Positions 54,221-63,308 of a DNA stretch of 64,000 nt are shown here, in pieces. Position numbers and translations under genes: made by a program. Origin of the DNA: a virus (taxonomy: Duplodnaviria > Heunggongvirae > Uroviricota > Caudoviricetes); the IMG/VR virus record IMGVR_UViG_3300022660_000042; one strand, written 5' to 3'. The notes beneath the pieces were generated by a model. It worked only from the letters and a program-made list of their open reading frames with translations, made no database searches and was not told the DNA's origin. Within the stretch, counting starts at the first letter, position 1. Each line of letters starts with the position of its first letter.

Positions 54221-54802
54221 TTATTTGGTCTTGATTGGAATATTACCTGAGTAATAATCTTGCAACATGTTGTAATCGGCTCCATAATCAAGAAGCTTTG
54301 CATTGTTACCGGTAAAACCCCAAGCAGAACCGCGGCAAATTTCAGTTCTTGGAATATTAAACTTATGCATGAATTCTGTTGTATTCCGAAGAAGCTGTTT
54401 TGTCTTATCGGAAACATTTAAACGATTTATATACGCCTTTGAACCACCGACATGATATGAAAAATCGGCAAAATGAATCTGATAGATTTCTGCAAACTTA
54501 TCATATGTAAATTCTTTCACATATTCCGAAATAAGTACAAGACCGTTATTGATGCATTCATAGGTTTTGACTAATGAATCCTTAGTATCTGCAAACTTAT
54601 ACCAATCATATTCATTATTATTCTGCATTATGCCAACCTTAAAACGGGCAAGCTTAATTACTTTCTTGTTGGATATTCTGAATACAGTACGAGAAGAACC
54701 CATACCGATTTCTTCATAGCCAAGGCGCCACAGTTCGGAACGGATGTCTTTGTACTTTTCTAAATCGGTATAATTCTGGGCTAAATCAAGTGCTGTATTC
54801 AT
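54221..54802 (-). CDS. Protein-kinase-like fold protein
   Basis: IGMGSSRTVF..VIKLA..QNNNE..LLDYG. Confidence 0.6.
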   Translation of the reverse strand: MNTALDLAQNYTDLEKYKDIRSELWRLGYEEIGMGSSRTVFRISNKKVIKLARFKVGIMQNNNEYDWYKFADTKDSLVKTYECINNGLVLISEYVKEFTYDKFAEIYQIHFADFSYHVGGSKAYINRLNVSDKTKQLLRNTTEFMHKFNIPRTEICRGSAWGFTGNNAKLLDYGADYNMLQDYYSGNIPIKTK

Positions 54803-54807
54803 AAGTA

Positions 54808-55158
54808 TTAATCGACAACCTTCTTGATTTCCTTTATGTATTCAAACTCGTCACATTGGTCATTGTCACCGAGATTCTTGAAATACAATCCGGTCCATTT
54901 GTTTTCCAGTAATATAGCGTCTTTCCAAACGCCATCTACGTTATCATTGTTTTCATGCCCCCAGGTAATCTCATAGTGAATATCCGGGCTTGGTTCAGCA
55001 TTAGTCACTTCCTCGACATACGCTCTAGCTAGTTTTTTAGTCAGACGCATGACTTCTCGCCATATCGAATGTTCCATATTGTCAGTTTTACCTGACACAC
55101 CCAGCATATTCTTGGCTTCCGTAAAGAAGTTGTGCATATTATTGTTGTCTGTTTTCAT
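54808..55158 (-). CDS. hypothetical protein
   Basis: ORF track. Confidence 0.6.
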   Translation of the reverse strand: MKTDNNNMHNFFTEAKNMLGVSGKTDNMEHSIWREVMRLTKKLARAYVEEVTNAEPSPDIHYEITWGHENNDNVDGVWKDAILLENKWTGLYFKNLGDNDQCDEFEYIKEIKKVVD

Positions 55159-55159
55159 T

Positions 55160-55522
55160 CTAATTCCTTGCTAAAAACTTGTTAAATTCACGAATTACCG
55201 GACGTAATTTTCGGTTCTGATGTTTAATAAAATTATATTCTTTGGAAATTACATGAGCGTCGAGCCATTCATAACATGAACAAATTTTAATACCAATATG
55301 ACATATCCAAAGAATAATAAAACAGCCTGTTGCAATTGGGCCAAGTATTACACAAGTGACAAAAATGTCAAAAAGATCTTTTTTATCAACCATAGGACGT
55401 TTTCTGTTTTTTTCATTGTAATATGATAATATATTTTCATTAAAATCAATTACATATACAAACAGGATATTAAACACGATACAAGCAGCAAGACTTAAAA
55501 GAATGATTTGTACCATAGTCAT
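55160..55522 (-). CDS. hypothetical membrane protein
   Basis: Two TM segments. Confidence 0.6.
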   Translation of the reverse strand: MTMVQIILLSLAACIVFNILFVYVIDFNENILSYYNEKNRKRPMVDKKDLFDIFVTCVILGPIATGCFIILWICHIGIKICSCYEWLDAHVISKEYNFIKHQNRKLRPVIREFNKFLARN

Positions 55523-55609
55523 AAAAGATTCTCCGTTTTATGTGTTACAATATAGAAAAAAGACCCATTTTTGTAAATGGGTCTTTTTATCTAACCTATG
55601 TTTGCAAGA

Positions 55610-56839
55610 TTAGTTATCGTGTTCGACACGCCACTTGATAGCACCCTTCAGGTTCTGATGATATTCTTCATCCTTACCCATAAACTTGCCATCGTCGTCA
55701 GAAACCTTACAAACCGGAATACCGTTAACTTCAGTCAACTTGATAACCTGGTTCATGGCCTTAAACCAACCAGTATCATTAAGCAACCACGTACCGATAC
55801 CGAACGCAACATTGCAACGAAGTGCAAAACGCTGATAGATAACTTCTGCCTTTGCGAAGTTCAACGAATCGCTGAACAAGAGAGTCTTGTTTGCATACGG
55901 AACGCCAATCTTCATGTAATGGGCGAGCATCTTTTCACCCCAAGCAATCGGATCTGCGGAGTCATGTCGAACACCGCTGAAGAGACGAGCATAGGTTTCA
56001 GTAAAGTCCTTCAAGAAGCAATCTGTAGTGATACAGTCGGTAAGATAAATACCGTTCTTAGTACCATATTCCTTAATCCAGTGCTTCATCATGTAAAGGT
56101 TGGAATATGCCGGGTTATGCTGTGGCAAGCCCTGTCCGACGAGTTCGATAGCTTCATGAGCCATGGTACCAACCGGCTTAGTTCCGAGCAAGAAGCTGAA
56201 GTAAACATTGGAAGTACCAACAAACTTCGTACCGTTAAACTGGAACTGACTGATGTAACGGAGTGCCCATTCCTGGAATTCCTTACAGAAACGACGACGA
56301 GTACCGAATTCGGAGAATACGCCAATCTTGATTTCACCCTTAATAAGCTTATCAATCTTTTCCTTAAAGCGTTGCTTTGCATCTTCGATAATCTGCTTCT
56401 GCTGTTCTTCAGTATAGGACATACGGAACCAAACTTCAGAAACAATAGACATCACCGGAACTTCATGATAAGAAACGTCAACATTGTAGCCGCGGAACTT
56501 AATATCCGGTTGCTGAAGCTTTTCATCGAACGTACAAACAATTTCATTACGGTCGATAGTATAACGCTTGAGGAAACGAACATAGTCGTTCTTCATGAAA
56601 TCAATCTTCTGGAAATGTTCCAATTCCCACGGCGTATAGCGGAGCTTTGAATACAAATCAATCTGATAATTGATTTCATCAATCATTTCGCGAGTGAACT
56701 TGCGTTCAGGATCACGGTTCTTATAAGTCCATTCCACATTCATGTCATGGAACTGGTGAACGAACATCTGACCCATAGTGTACTTATAAAAGTCATTATC
56801 GGTCAAATGTGTGATAATTTGCGGCAAATGCTTTGTCAT
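55610..56839 (-). CDS. pncB: Nicotinate phosphoribosyltransferase
   Basis: LTDNDFYKYTM, SEFGTRRR, GTSNV, GTMAHE, VRHDSAD, FSDSL, FGIGT. Confidence 0.95.
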   Translation of the reverse strand: MTKHLPQIITHLTDNDFYKYTMGQMFVHQFHDMNVEWTYKNRDPERKFTREMIDEINYQIDLYSKLRYTPWELEHFQKIDFMKNDYVRFLKRYTIDRNEIVCTFDEKLQQPDIKFRGYNVDVSYHEVPVMSIVSEVWFRMSYTEEQQKQIIEDAKQRFKEKIDKLIKGEIKIGVFSEFGTRRRFCKEFQEWALRYISQFQFNGTKFVGTSNVYFSFLLGTKPVGTMAHEAIELVGQGLPQHNPAYSNLYMMKHWIKEYGTKNGIYLTDCITTDCFLKDFTETYARLFSGVRHDSADPIAWGEKMLAHYMKIGVPYANKTLLFSDSLNFAKAEVIYQRFALRCNVAFGIGTWLLNDTGWFKAMNQVIKLTEVNGIPVCKVSDDDGKFMGKDEEYHQNLKGAIKWRVEHDN

Positions 56840-56860
56840 TTTAGTTTTCCTTTTTAGTAG

Positions 56861-57218
56861 TTAGTCATTGAAATACTTCATAAGTTGCTGAACCATATAG
56901 TCAATCGGCTTATCAAGCTGATTTTCTTCTGCATCAACACACTTCTGATAAAATGCTTCTTTATAATACTTGGACTTTTCCTTGAAACAAAGTTCATAAA
57001 GTTCATTTACCAACTTGTAACGATGCATCTTACCCTTTTCTTCGATACGGGAATGACCTATAAGATAGTTCAAGCTACGCTTGAGCTTTTTCGGCTTTTC
57101 AGCCAGACATTCCTTGAGATAATATGCACACTGTTGATATTGCTGGCATGTAAGATAACGACCGATGGTTTCATTAATGGTATGATCCGGCCCGAAAAGC
57201 TGTTGAAAAAGACCCATT
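56861..57218 (-). CDS. hypothetical protein
   Basis: Likely start MGLFQQ. Confidence 0.6.
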
Positions 57219-57816
57219 ATGCAGCCTCGCGGAGAATGGTGATTTGACACTGATGCATAACCTTAAGAGCCGCTTCATGGAGCTCAGGAGTACAACCAGC
57301 ACAACAATTTTCGACAACAGTAATCTTCATATTCGGGAAAATTGCACGAAGCATAAGGGCGTTAGAAACAACGCAAATATCCGTACAGAAACCGAAGATT
57401 TCAATTTCGTCAAATTCGAAGTCCTTGAGATAATCCTTCCAGCCAGTCCAGCCAAAAGTATACTTATCAATAGCAAAGAACTTCTTCTGACCATTTGCAT
57501 TCTTTTCATTAAGAACTTCAAGCAATTCAGGATGGATTTCCCAGCCTTCAGTAAGCTTGATACAGTGAGCAGGAAGATCTGCAAACTTGTGTTCATAGGA
57601 ATTTTCGTAAACAATTCCTTCTGCAGGCGGCCAGTTGCTTTCAACTTGAATCTTGTTGAAATGCGTATCATGGGTAGCAATAGTTACGCCATCATGATTA
57701 CGAATACGTGCCTTGAGATTAGGAAGTCGCTTAATCGCGTCTTCATTACGCAGAACGCCATCAATAAAGTCCTTCTGCCCGTCAATTAAAACTTGTAACT
57801 TTTTTGTCTTAATCAT
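57217..57816 (-). CDS. pncA: Nicotinamidase (isochorismatase family)
   Basis: IDGQKDF, THDTH, HC..TEGW, DKYTFG, GFCTDICV. Confidence 0.9.
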   Translation of the reverse strand: MIKTKKLQVLIDGQKDFIDGVLRNEDAIKRLPNLKARIRNHDGVTIATHDTHFNKIQVESNWPPAEGIVYENSYEHKFADLPAHCIKLTEGWEIHPELLEVLNEKNANGQKKFFAIDKYTFGWTGWKDYLKDFEFDEIEIFGFCTDICVVSNALMLRAIFPNMKITVVENCCAGCTPELHEAALKVMHQCQITILREAA

Positions 57817-57836
57817 AATCTATTTCCTTTTAAATT

Positions 57837-58238
57837 TTAAAACTGAAACTTTTCTAAATCACCATACTTTTCACGAAGTTTTACATACAATGCACGTTCT
57901 TCAGCTGCTTTCTTTCCTGCTTCAGCACGTTCTTTATCAAGTGATTCCTTTTCCTTTTTCATATATGCGGCAAATTTATCATTTGGCATAGCTAAATACT
58001 TAAGTTCAATTCGATAAGGGATATTAAGATTATCCGCTGTATAATGACTATACATCCTGCAATCAATACAGCCTTCTGAATTTACAGAAATATCACTAAA
58101 ACGAACTTCTTTCTTTTCTGAAAGCTTAAAGGTATTTCCACCGTAAACATCATCAAGAACAGGGACAATACGTCTCAATTCTTGTTCAATTTTTTCAGAA
58201 ATATCAGAGAATTTTTCAAGGTCTTCTTTAGAAATCAT
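57837..58238 (-). CDS. hypothetical protein
   Basis: ORF track. Confidence 0.65.
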   Translation of the reverse strand: MISKEDLEKFSDISEKIEQELRRIVPVLDDVYGGNTFKLSEKKEVRFSDISVNSEGCIDCRMYSHYTADNLNIPYRIELKYLAMPNDKFAAYMKKEKESLDKERAEAGKKAAEERALYVKLREKYGDLEKFQF

Positions 58239-58241
58239 ATT

Positions 58242-58605
58242 TTATTTTCCTTTATTTTTCTTGTCAATGAGAATCGCCTTGACTTTGGCAATAAATTCTT
58301 CTTCTGTAATTTCTTCCCAAGTAGTTGTATCTACGAAAATCCACGGCTCGTCGTACTGACGGACCATAACCCACTGGCTTCCATTCTTTACAGGTGTTTC
58401 TTTAGGAGTAATCGCAACATACGGCTTACGATTATGATATTCAGGCATAAGTCCCTGATGTAAGTCAATAAGAGCGGGATGTTCTTCATTGGCCGCAACT
58501 ACATTAGTCTTCAGAATAGATCTGAACTTTACTTTTTCAGGCAGGTCCAAATGTTTACGTAAATATTCTTCCGCTTCGATGAAATCACTGAATACTATTT
58601 TCATG
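58242..58605 (-). CDS. hypothetical protein
   Basis: Likely start MKIVFS after a promoter. Confidence 0.65.
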
Positions 58606-58660
58606 CGATATAATATAGTAAAAAGGTTTAACTTTGTAAATAGTTTTATCGTAAAAAAGT

Positions 58661-58668
58661 TATAAATA
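58661..58668 (+). promoter_or_regulatory. T4-late-like promoter TATAAATA
   Basis: Exact motif 4 nt before the ATG of the only credible + strand gene. Confidence 0.6.
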
Positions 58669-58672
58669 CTAT

Positions 58673-59029
58673 ATGAGATACGATTTTGCACATCCAAAAT
58701 TTAGAAATGGCATGGTTACTTTCGATGAAAAGAAGCCAGATTTACTTTATGAATTCCGTATTGCTGCCTCCCGCCGCAAATATGTTTTACGACAGGACAT
58801 GTATCTTTACGATAATAACGGCGAAAAAATGGCAAAAGTCGAAAATTATGGAAACATGCTTTTAGTTACTATGCTTAACAATTCCGACATGGGTTCGCAT
58901 CGTCTTCGTACAAAGAGAGACATTGAAGAATTCTTTAGCATATATGAAAGTGTAGAACCAAGTTCCGAATATATGTCTCTAAATGAGGCTAAGCAAATTC
59001 TGGCAGATAACGGATATACTCTTATTTAA
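58673..59029 (+). CDS. hypothetical protein (only credible + strand CDS)
   Basis: Fills a minus-strand gap; followed by the terminator hairpin at 59035-59060. Confidence 0.75.
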   Translation: MRYDFAHPKFRNGMVTFDEKKPDLLYEFRIAASRRKYVLRQDMYLYDNNGEKMAKVENYGNMLLVTMLNNSDMGSHRLRTKRDIEEFFSIYESVEPSSEYMSLNEAKQILADNGYTLI

Positions 59030-59056
59030 AATAAAAACCGACATTAAGTCGGTTTT

Positions 59057-59383
59057 TTAGTCTAAATACTCAAGTGCTCGTTCAGTTTCAAAATTATTAT
59101 ATCTCGCAACAAACTTACTATAATTAATATTTGGATCCGCCAGTTGTTTAAACATGAAATTAACAGGTTCTTCGTCTAAATGCCAATGCCAGATAATAAT
59201 TATATCGTTTGTATCATGAGCATTTATAATATCTGTATAATCTTCTGTATTTTTTATAAAGAAATCATTTAATTCATATGTGTCCCAAGCGTCTTTATAC
59301 TGCTTAAGACCCATAGCTTCCATTCTATTGACAAGTGCTGATATATTTGGGAATGTTTTTTGATATTCTTCAGGTACTGGCAT
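59057..59383 (-). CDS. hypothetical protein
   Basis: ORF track. Confidence 0.65.
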   Translation of the reverse strand: MPVPEEYQKTFPNISALVNRMEAMGLKQYKDAWDTYELNDFFIKNTEDYTDIINAHDTNDIIIIWHWHLDEEPVNFMFKQLADPNINYSKFVARYNNFETERALEYLD

Positions 59384-59616
59384 TATTTTTTAACCTTTAC
59401 GGTTTTGCCATCTGCAGAAATATCCAGCAATCTGCGATTATCATAGAAATAAACTCTTATGAATTTCTTTCCTGTATAATCTTGCTTATATTCCCACTTT
59501 TTGGCGTCGTTAATTATTTGTTCGTAACAAAAATTAGGATTGCAGATTTCTAAGACTAAAGGTTTCGAAATACAAAGTCCAAATAAAACTAAAACATAAA
59601 AAATAAATTTCTTCAT
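59383..59616 (-). CDS. hypothetical exported protein
   Basis: Signal-peptide-like N-terminus. Confidence 0.6.
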   Translation of the reverse strand: MKKFIFYVLVLFGLCISKPLVLEICNPNFCYEQIINDAKKWEYKQDYTGKKFIRVYFYDNRRLLDISADGKTVKVKK

Positions 59617-59628
59617 GTTTTATTTATG

Positions 59629-59964
59629 TTATTCGAGAACATATTCCTTGCCGTTAATCTTCATCGTTTGTTTCTTTGGCGGATCGTCTTCTTTTACCTT
59701 TTGGCCTGTCTGTGTATATTCATATTTTACAGTATCAATGATTACGGAATAACCGCTATATTTTTCTGGATTTTTTATATCCTTCATATCGCTGTGGGCA
59801 GTAATTGCACCAAAACATGGGCCAAGTGCATCTTCTGAGAATTTGTCAACCACATTTACATGTGTTAATAATGGTGTAAGCATCAATAAAATACCGATCA
59901 TAATAACGCCAAAAACAAAATCCAAGGCTTCACCTGTTGTATTAATATATGGTTTCTTATCCAT
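59629..59964 (-). CDS. hypothetical membrane-anchored protein
   Basis: TM segment. Confidence 0.6.
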   Translation of the reverse strand: MDKKPYINTTGEALDFVFGVIMIGILLMLTPLLTHVNVVDKFSEDALGPCFGAITAHSDMKDIKNPEKYSGYSVIIDTVKYEYTQTGQKVKEDDPPKKQTMKINGKEYVLE

Positions 59965-59972
59965 GATAACTC

Positions 59973-60350
59973 CTACTTCTGTTCCAATAATTGGTTAAAC
60001 TTTGCCAATGTATCGTTTTTATCTTTCTTAACAATCGGTTTCTTCTTTCTGAAACTAACCATACAATTATACAAAAAGATTCCTAAATTTGTAAATACTG
60101 GAAAGTGGGTAAAAACACCCATAATAATAAAATATGGTACTGTAACTACAACCATATTAAATACTGACCACCCGAGATAACATACCCATGAATGTCGGTG
60201 CGCAAAATAATAATGATCGGTTACAATAACTGCCTCATCATGGAAGTACATCCATATACATGTAGCAGCAACCGATATAACAATACAAAAAATAAGTTCT
60301 CGAACCAGAACGTTCCATTCTTCAAGGCAATCGAGTTCTCTGAATGTCAT
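59973..60350 (-). CDS. hypothetical membrane protein
   Basis: TM segments. Confidence 0.6.
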   Translation of the reverse strand: MTFRELDCLEEWNVLVRELIFCIVISVAATCIWMYFHDEAVIVTDHYYFAHRHSWVCYLGWSVFNMVVVTVPYFIIMGVFTHFPVFTNLGIFLYNCMVSFRKKKPIVKKDKNDTLAKFNQLLEQK

Positions 60351-60410
60351 TATAACTCCTTATTACATAGGCAATATAGAAAAAGGTTGACTTAACGTCA
60401 ACCCTTATTT

Positions 60411-61736
60411 TTATACCAAGTCGATAAACTTAGTGTAACATTTATAAGCGCTTTTAATATCGTCTACATGAGCAAGTTCCATAGGCGAATGCATATTCAG
60501 AATCGGAACACCTGCGTCAATAACGTTCATATTGTAGCTGCAGTAAATACTTGCGATTGTTCCGCCGCCGCCTTGGTCAACCTTACCCATTTCGTCGAAC
60601 TGGAAGAGTTCACCATCAAACTGGTTACGAAGTTTTGCAATATATTCAGGAGTAGCGTCATTGGAACCAGCCTTACCACGTGCTCCATTGTACTTGCTGA
60701 GCATCATACCATAACCGAGCTTTGCAGAAGCATGCTTAGAATAAGCATCAGCATAAAGCGGGTCATAAGCGGCCGTAACATCAGAAGAAAGCATATTCGA
60801 ATTTTCTAAAGTATTACGGAACATTTCAAATACACCGTGATCCGTATAAACGGTGCGAGTCATCATCTTGTAAAGGCAGGTTTCGAACCAACTGGAATCT
60901 GCACCAGTATTGCTACAAGAACCAATTTCTTCCTTATCTACAAGAACGACACAAGCTGTATTATGCGGAATACCGGAATAATCAAGAACAGCACGAAGAG
61001 AAGTAAAAGCACAAACTCTGTCGTCCTGGCCGTAACCGGCGACAAGAGACTTATCCAAACCGCAATAAGAAGCCTTAGCTGCAGGTACAAGTTCAAGTTC
61101 AGCAGAATAAAAATCGTCTTCTTCGATATTGTAATTCTTCTTTAAAATATCCAGAACCAAATTCTTTGCAAGATTTTCAGATTCTTTCTTACCCTTTCGG
61201 ATTTTCTTACTGACTACACCAGCGATAACATCGAGATTTTCACCCTTTACGAAGTCTTCTGCCTTCTGTGTAGACAGACGCTTTGAATCCAAATGTGGCA
61301 GCAAGTCAGTAATACAGAAAACCGGTTCATTATCATCTTCACCAAGTTTAATATAAATGGATGTTCCGTCTTTTCTAAAAACAACCCCATGAAGTGCAAG
61401 CGGAGTTGTAACCCATTGGTACTTCTTGATACCGCCATAGTAATGAGTATCGAAATAAGCGACATCATCCTTTTCTACAATGGCAGACTGTTTAATATCA
61501 ATTCTCGGAGAATCAATATGTGCACCAAGAATATTATATTCCTGATGTTCGCCTACAATAAATGCAGCAAAGTTCTTCTTTCGGTTAGTAAAATAGACCT
61601 TATCACCGGGCTGGTAAGTTTTATATGCGTCAAATAACTTAAAACCTTTTCGAATAGCAAGTTTTTCCGCTTCTGCCACACATTCACGTTCAGTCTTACA
61701 TGTATTTAAAAAGTCGATATAATCATCAATTAGCAT
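60411..61736 (-). CDS. M18-family aminopeptidase
   Basis: GAHIDSP, GQDDRVC, DKEEIGS, SSDV, GGGTI, MHSPME. Confidence 0.92.
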   Translation of the reverse strand: MLIDDYIDFLNTCKTERECVAEAEKLAIRKGFKLFDAYKTYQPGDKVYFTNRKKNFAAFIVGEHQEYNILGAHIDSPRIDIKQSAIVEKDDVAYFDTHYYGGIKKYQWVTTPLALHGVVFRKDGTSIYIKLGEDDNEPVFCITDLLPHLDSKRLSTQKAEDFVKGENLDVIAGVVSKKIRKGKKESENLAKNLVLDILKKNYNIEEDDFYSAELELVPAAKASYCGLDKSLVAGYGQDDRVCAFTSLRAVLDYSGIPHNTACVVLVDKEEIGSCSNTGADSSWFETCLYKMMTRTVYTDHGVFEMFRNTLENSNMLSSDVTAAYDPLYADAYSKHASAKLGYGMMLSKYNGARGKAGSNDATPEYIAKLRNQFDGELFQFDEMGKVDQGGGGTIASIYCSYNMNVIDAGVPILNMHSPMELAHVDDIKSAYKCYTKFIDLV

Positions 61737-61871
61737 CGTCGATTTCCTTCATAATGAAATTTCCATTAGCATCCAGCTTATAACGATAAACACGTTTTTC
61801 AGCGTCCCAAACTTCAAGGTATGTTATACCGTTATCTCTGTACTTGTCTTCTTTTTCTTTTTTCTTTGCCA

Positions 61872-62288
61872 TTATGCGTCAGCCTCCTGAATAATAACCT
61901 TTAGCGGCTTTCCTGAGGCCTTAATTCTTTCGATATTACACTTGACACCGTAACTGATACCATTCCAGAAAGCAATAGCACCGTCACAGGCTTCACACAT
62001 GGCCTTATCTTTTACTTGATAAAAATCTTCACCGAATTTTCCTTGAGCTTGTTCCCATAAGGAAACTACATTCGGGAATTCACAGCGTCTAGGTGTTTCA
62101 GTAGAAGTATAAACCGTTACTCGGTCAAAACCGTGAGCTTTAAGATACTTCTGTGCAAGAATATCGACGCCATAGCAATCGCCTACAATAACTTGGACAT
62201 CCTGTTTCATCAATTCATCCAAGCATGCCATCATTTCCGGGTTCAATTTCTTAATTTTCGAACTACCTGAGATAAAAACTGTTTTCAC
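61872..62288 (-). CDS. SLOG-superfamily (YspA-like) protein
   Basis: VFISGS..VIVGDCYGVD..KDKAM..AIAFWNG.S.G. Confidence 0.7.
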   Translation of the reverse strand: MKTVFISGSSKIKKLNPEMMACLDELMKQDVQVIVGDCYGVDILAQKYLKAHGFDRVTVYTSTETPRRCEFPNVVSLWEQAQGKFGEDFYQVKDKAMCEACDGAIAFWNGISYGVKCNIERIKASGKPLKVIIQEADA

Positions 62289-62608
62289 GATTCGCTCTCC
62301 TCGAATTTAAATTCAGGAACTACACCGTCTTGCTTAGCATATTCCATGATTTGTTTAAGTGCTTTATTGAAATCTTCCATTTCTTTATATTCCTGCCGGA
62401 TAATACCAAGCTGGATAACATAATGGTCAGCATAGACTTCAATATAGTTGACATTATCAAAACGAACCGTCCACGCCCATGCACGGTTTTCATCACCGAG
62501 ATCAGACATGCCAATTACCTTATAAGGCAAGTCAGCCCATTCAATCATGTCAATGATATAGCTTACATCGTAATCGTAATAAGGCTTCATACTAATTTCC
62601 GGGAGCAT
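62285..62608 (-). CDS. hypothetical protein
   Basis: ORF track. Confidence 0.6.
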   Translation of the reverse strand: MLPEISMKPYYDYDVSYIIDMIEWADLPYKVIGMSDLGDENRAWAWTVRFDNVNYIEVYADHYVIQLGIIRQEYKEMEDFNKALKQIMEYAKQDGVVPEFKFEESES

Positions 62609-62808
62609 TTCGGGCAGAATTCAATCTTATCTGAAGAAAACCAATGATAAATATCTTCATCTGAATAATTGGATGCTACAACATCTAAACTACTTATACA
62701 TATACGCCAACCATGTTCATCATCGTAATTTAAAAACATCTTGGTGCATTTAGAATTCGCAATCAGATTCTTTGCATTCTTCTTTCTACAATAAGGACAT
62801 TGTTTCAT
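62587..62808 (-). CDS. Small Zn-ribbon-like protein
   Basis: CPYC...FCPKCSRKL. Confidence 0.6.
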   Translation of the reverse strand: MKQCPYCRKKNAKNLIANSKCTKMFLNYDDEHGWRICISSLDVVASNYSDEDIYHWFSSDKIEFCPKCSRKLV

Positions 62809-63155
62809 AGTCTTTTACCGCATTTTGGACAAAAATCAATATATGCACTTCCATAACAAGAAGCTGCAATATCACCTTTCACAATAGACATAATAAAATA
62901 TAGTCCAGTTTCAGACTCTTTAGCCACTCTTTGCTCAAAAACATCTGATAAACTGAAATTCTCTCCACATGACATACCGTAAAGAGTTTCGGACATAGTA
63001 CAACAAGGACAAACCTTCTTGCTTATATTTCCGGCCTTCGGATGAACATGTACTTTCATGACATGATGAGTCGGATATTTTTCGTCGTGTACTTCAATCA
63101 TACTAGCAGATATTAGTTCTGATAAACCAGTCAATGGCTTGGAAGCTGTCAGCAT
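62805..63155 (-). CDS. Zn-ribbon-like protein
   Basis: CPCC...FCPKCGKRL. Confidence 0.6.
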   Translation of the reverse strand: MLTASKPLTGLSELISASMIEVHDEKYPTHHVMKVHVHPKAGNISKKVCPCCTMSETLYGMSCGENFSLSDVFEQRVAKESETGLYFIMSIVKGDIAASCYGSAYIDFCPKCGKRL

Positions 63156-63308
63156 TAGTTACCTTGTTTCCCAGTCCGTCATAAACATAAAAGCACGGAC
63201 GATTAAGCATAAGATTATACTGTTCGATACGGTACGGAATTTTGCCTACGTTAACGCCGACAATCTTACCGTTATCGTCATGGACATATTCGATTTTCTT
63301 CTTAAACA

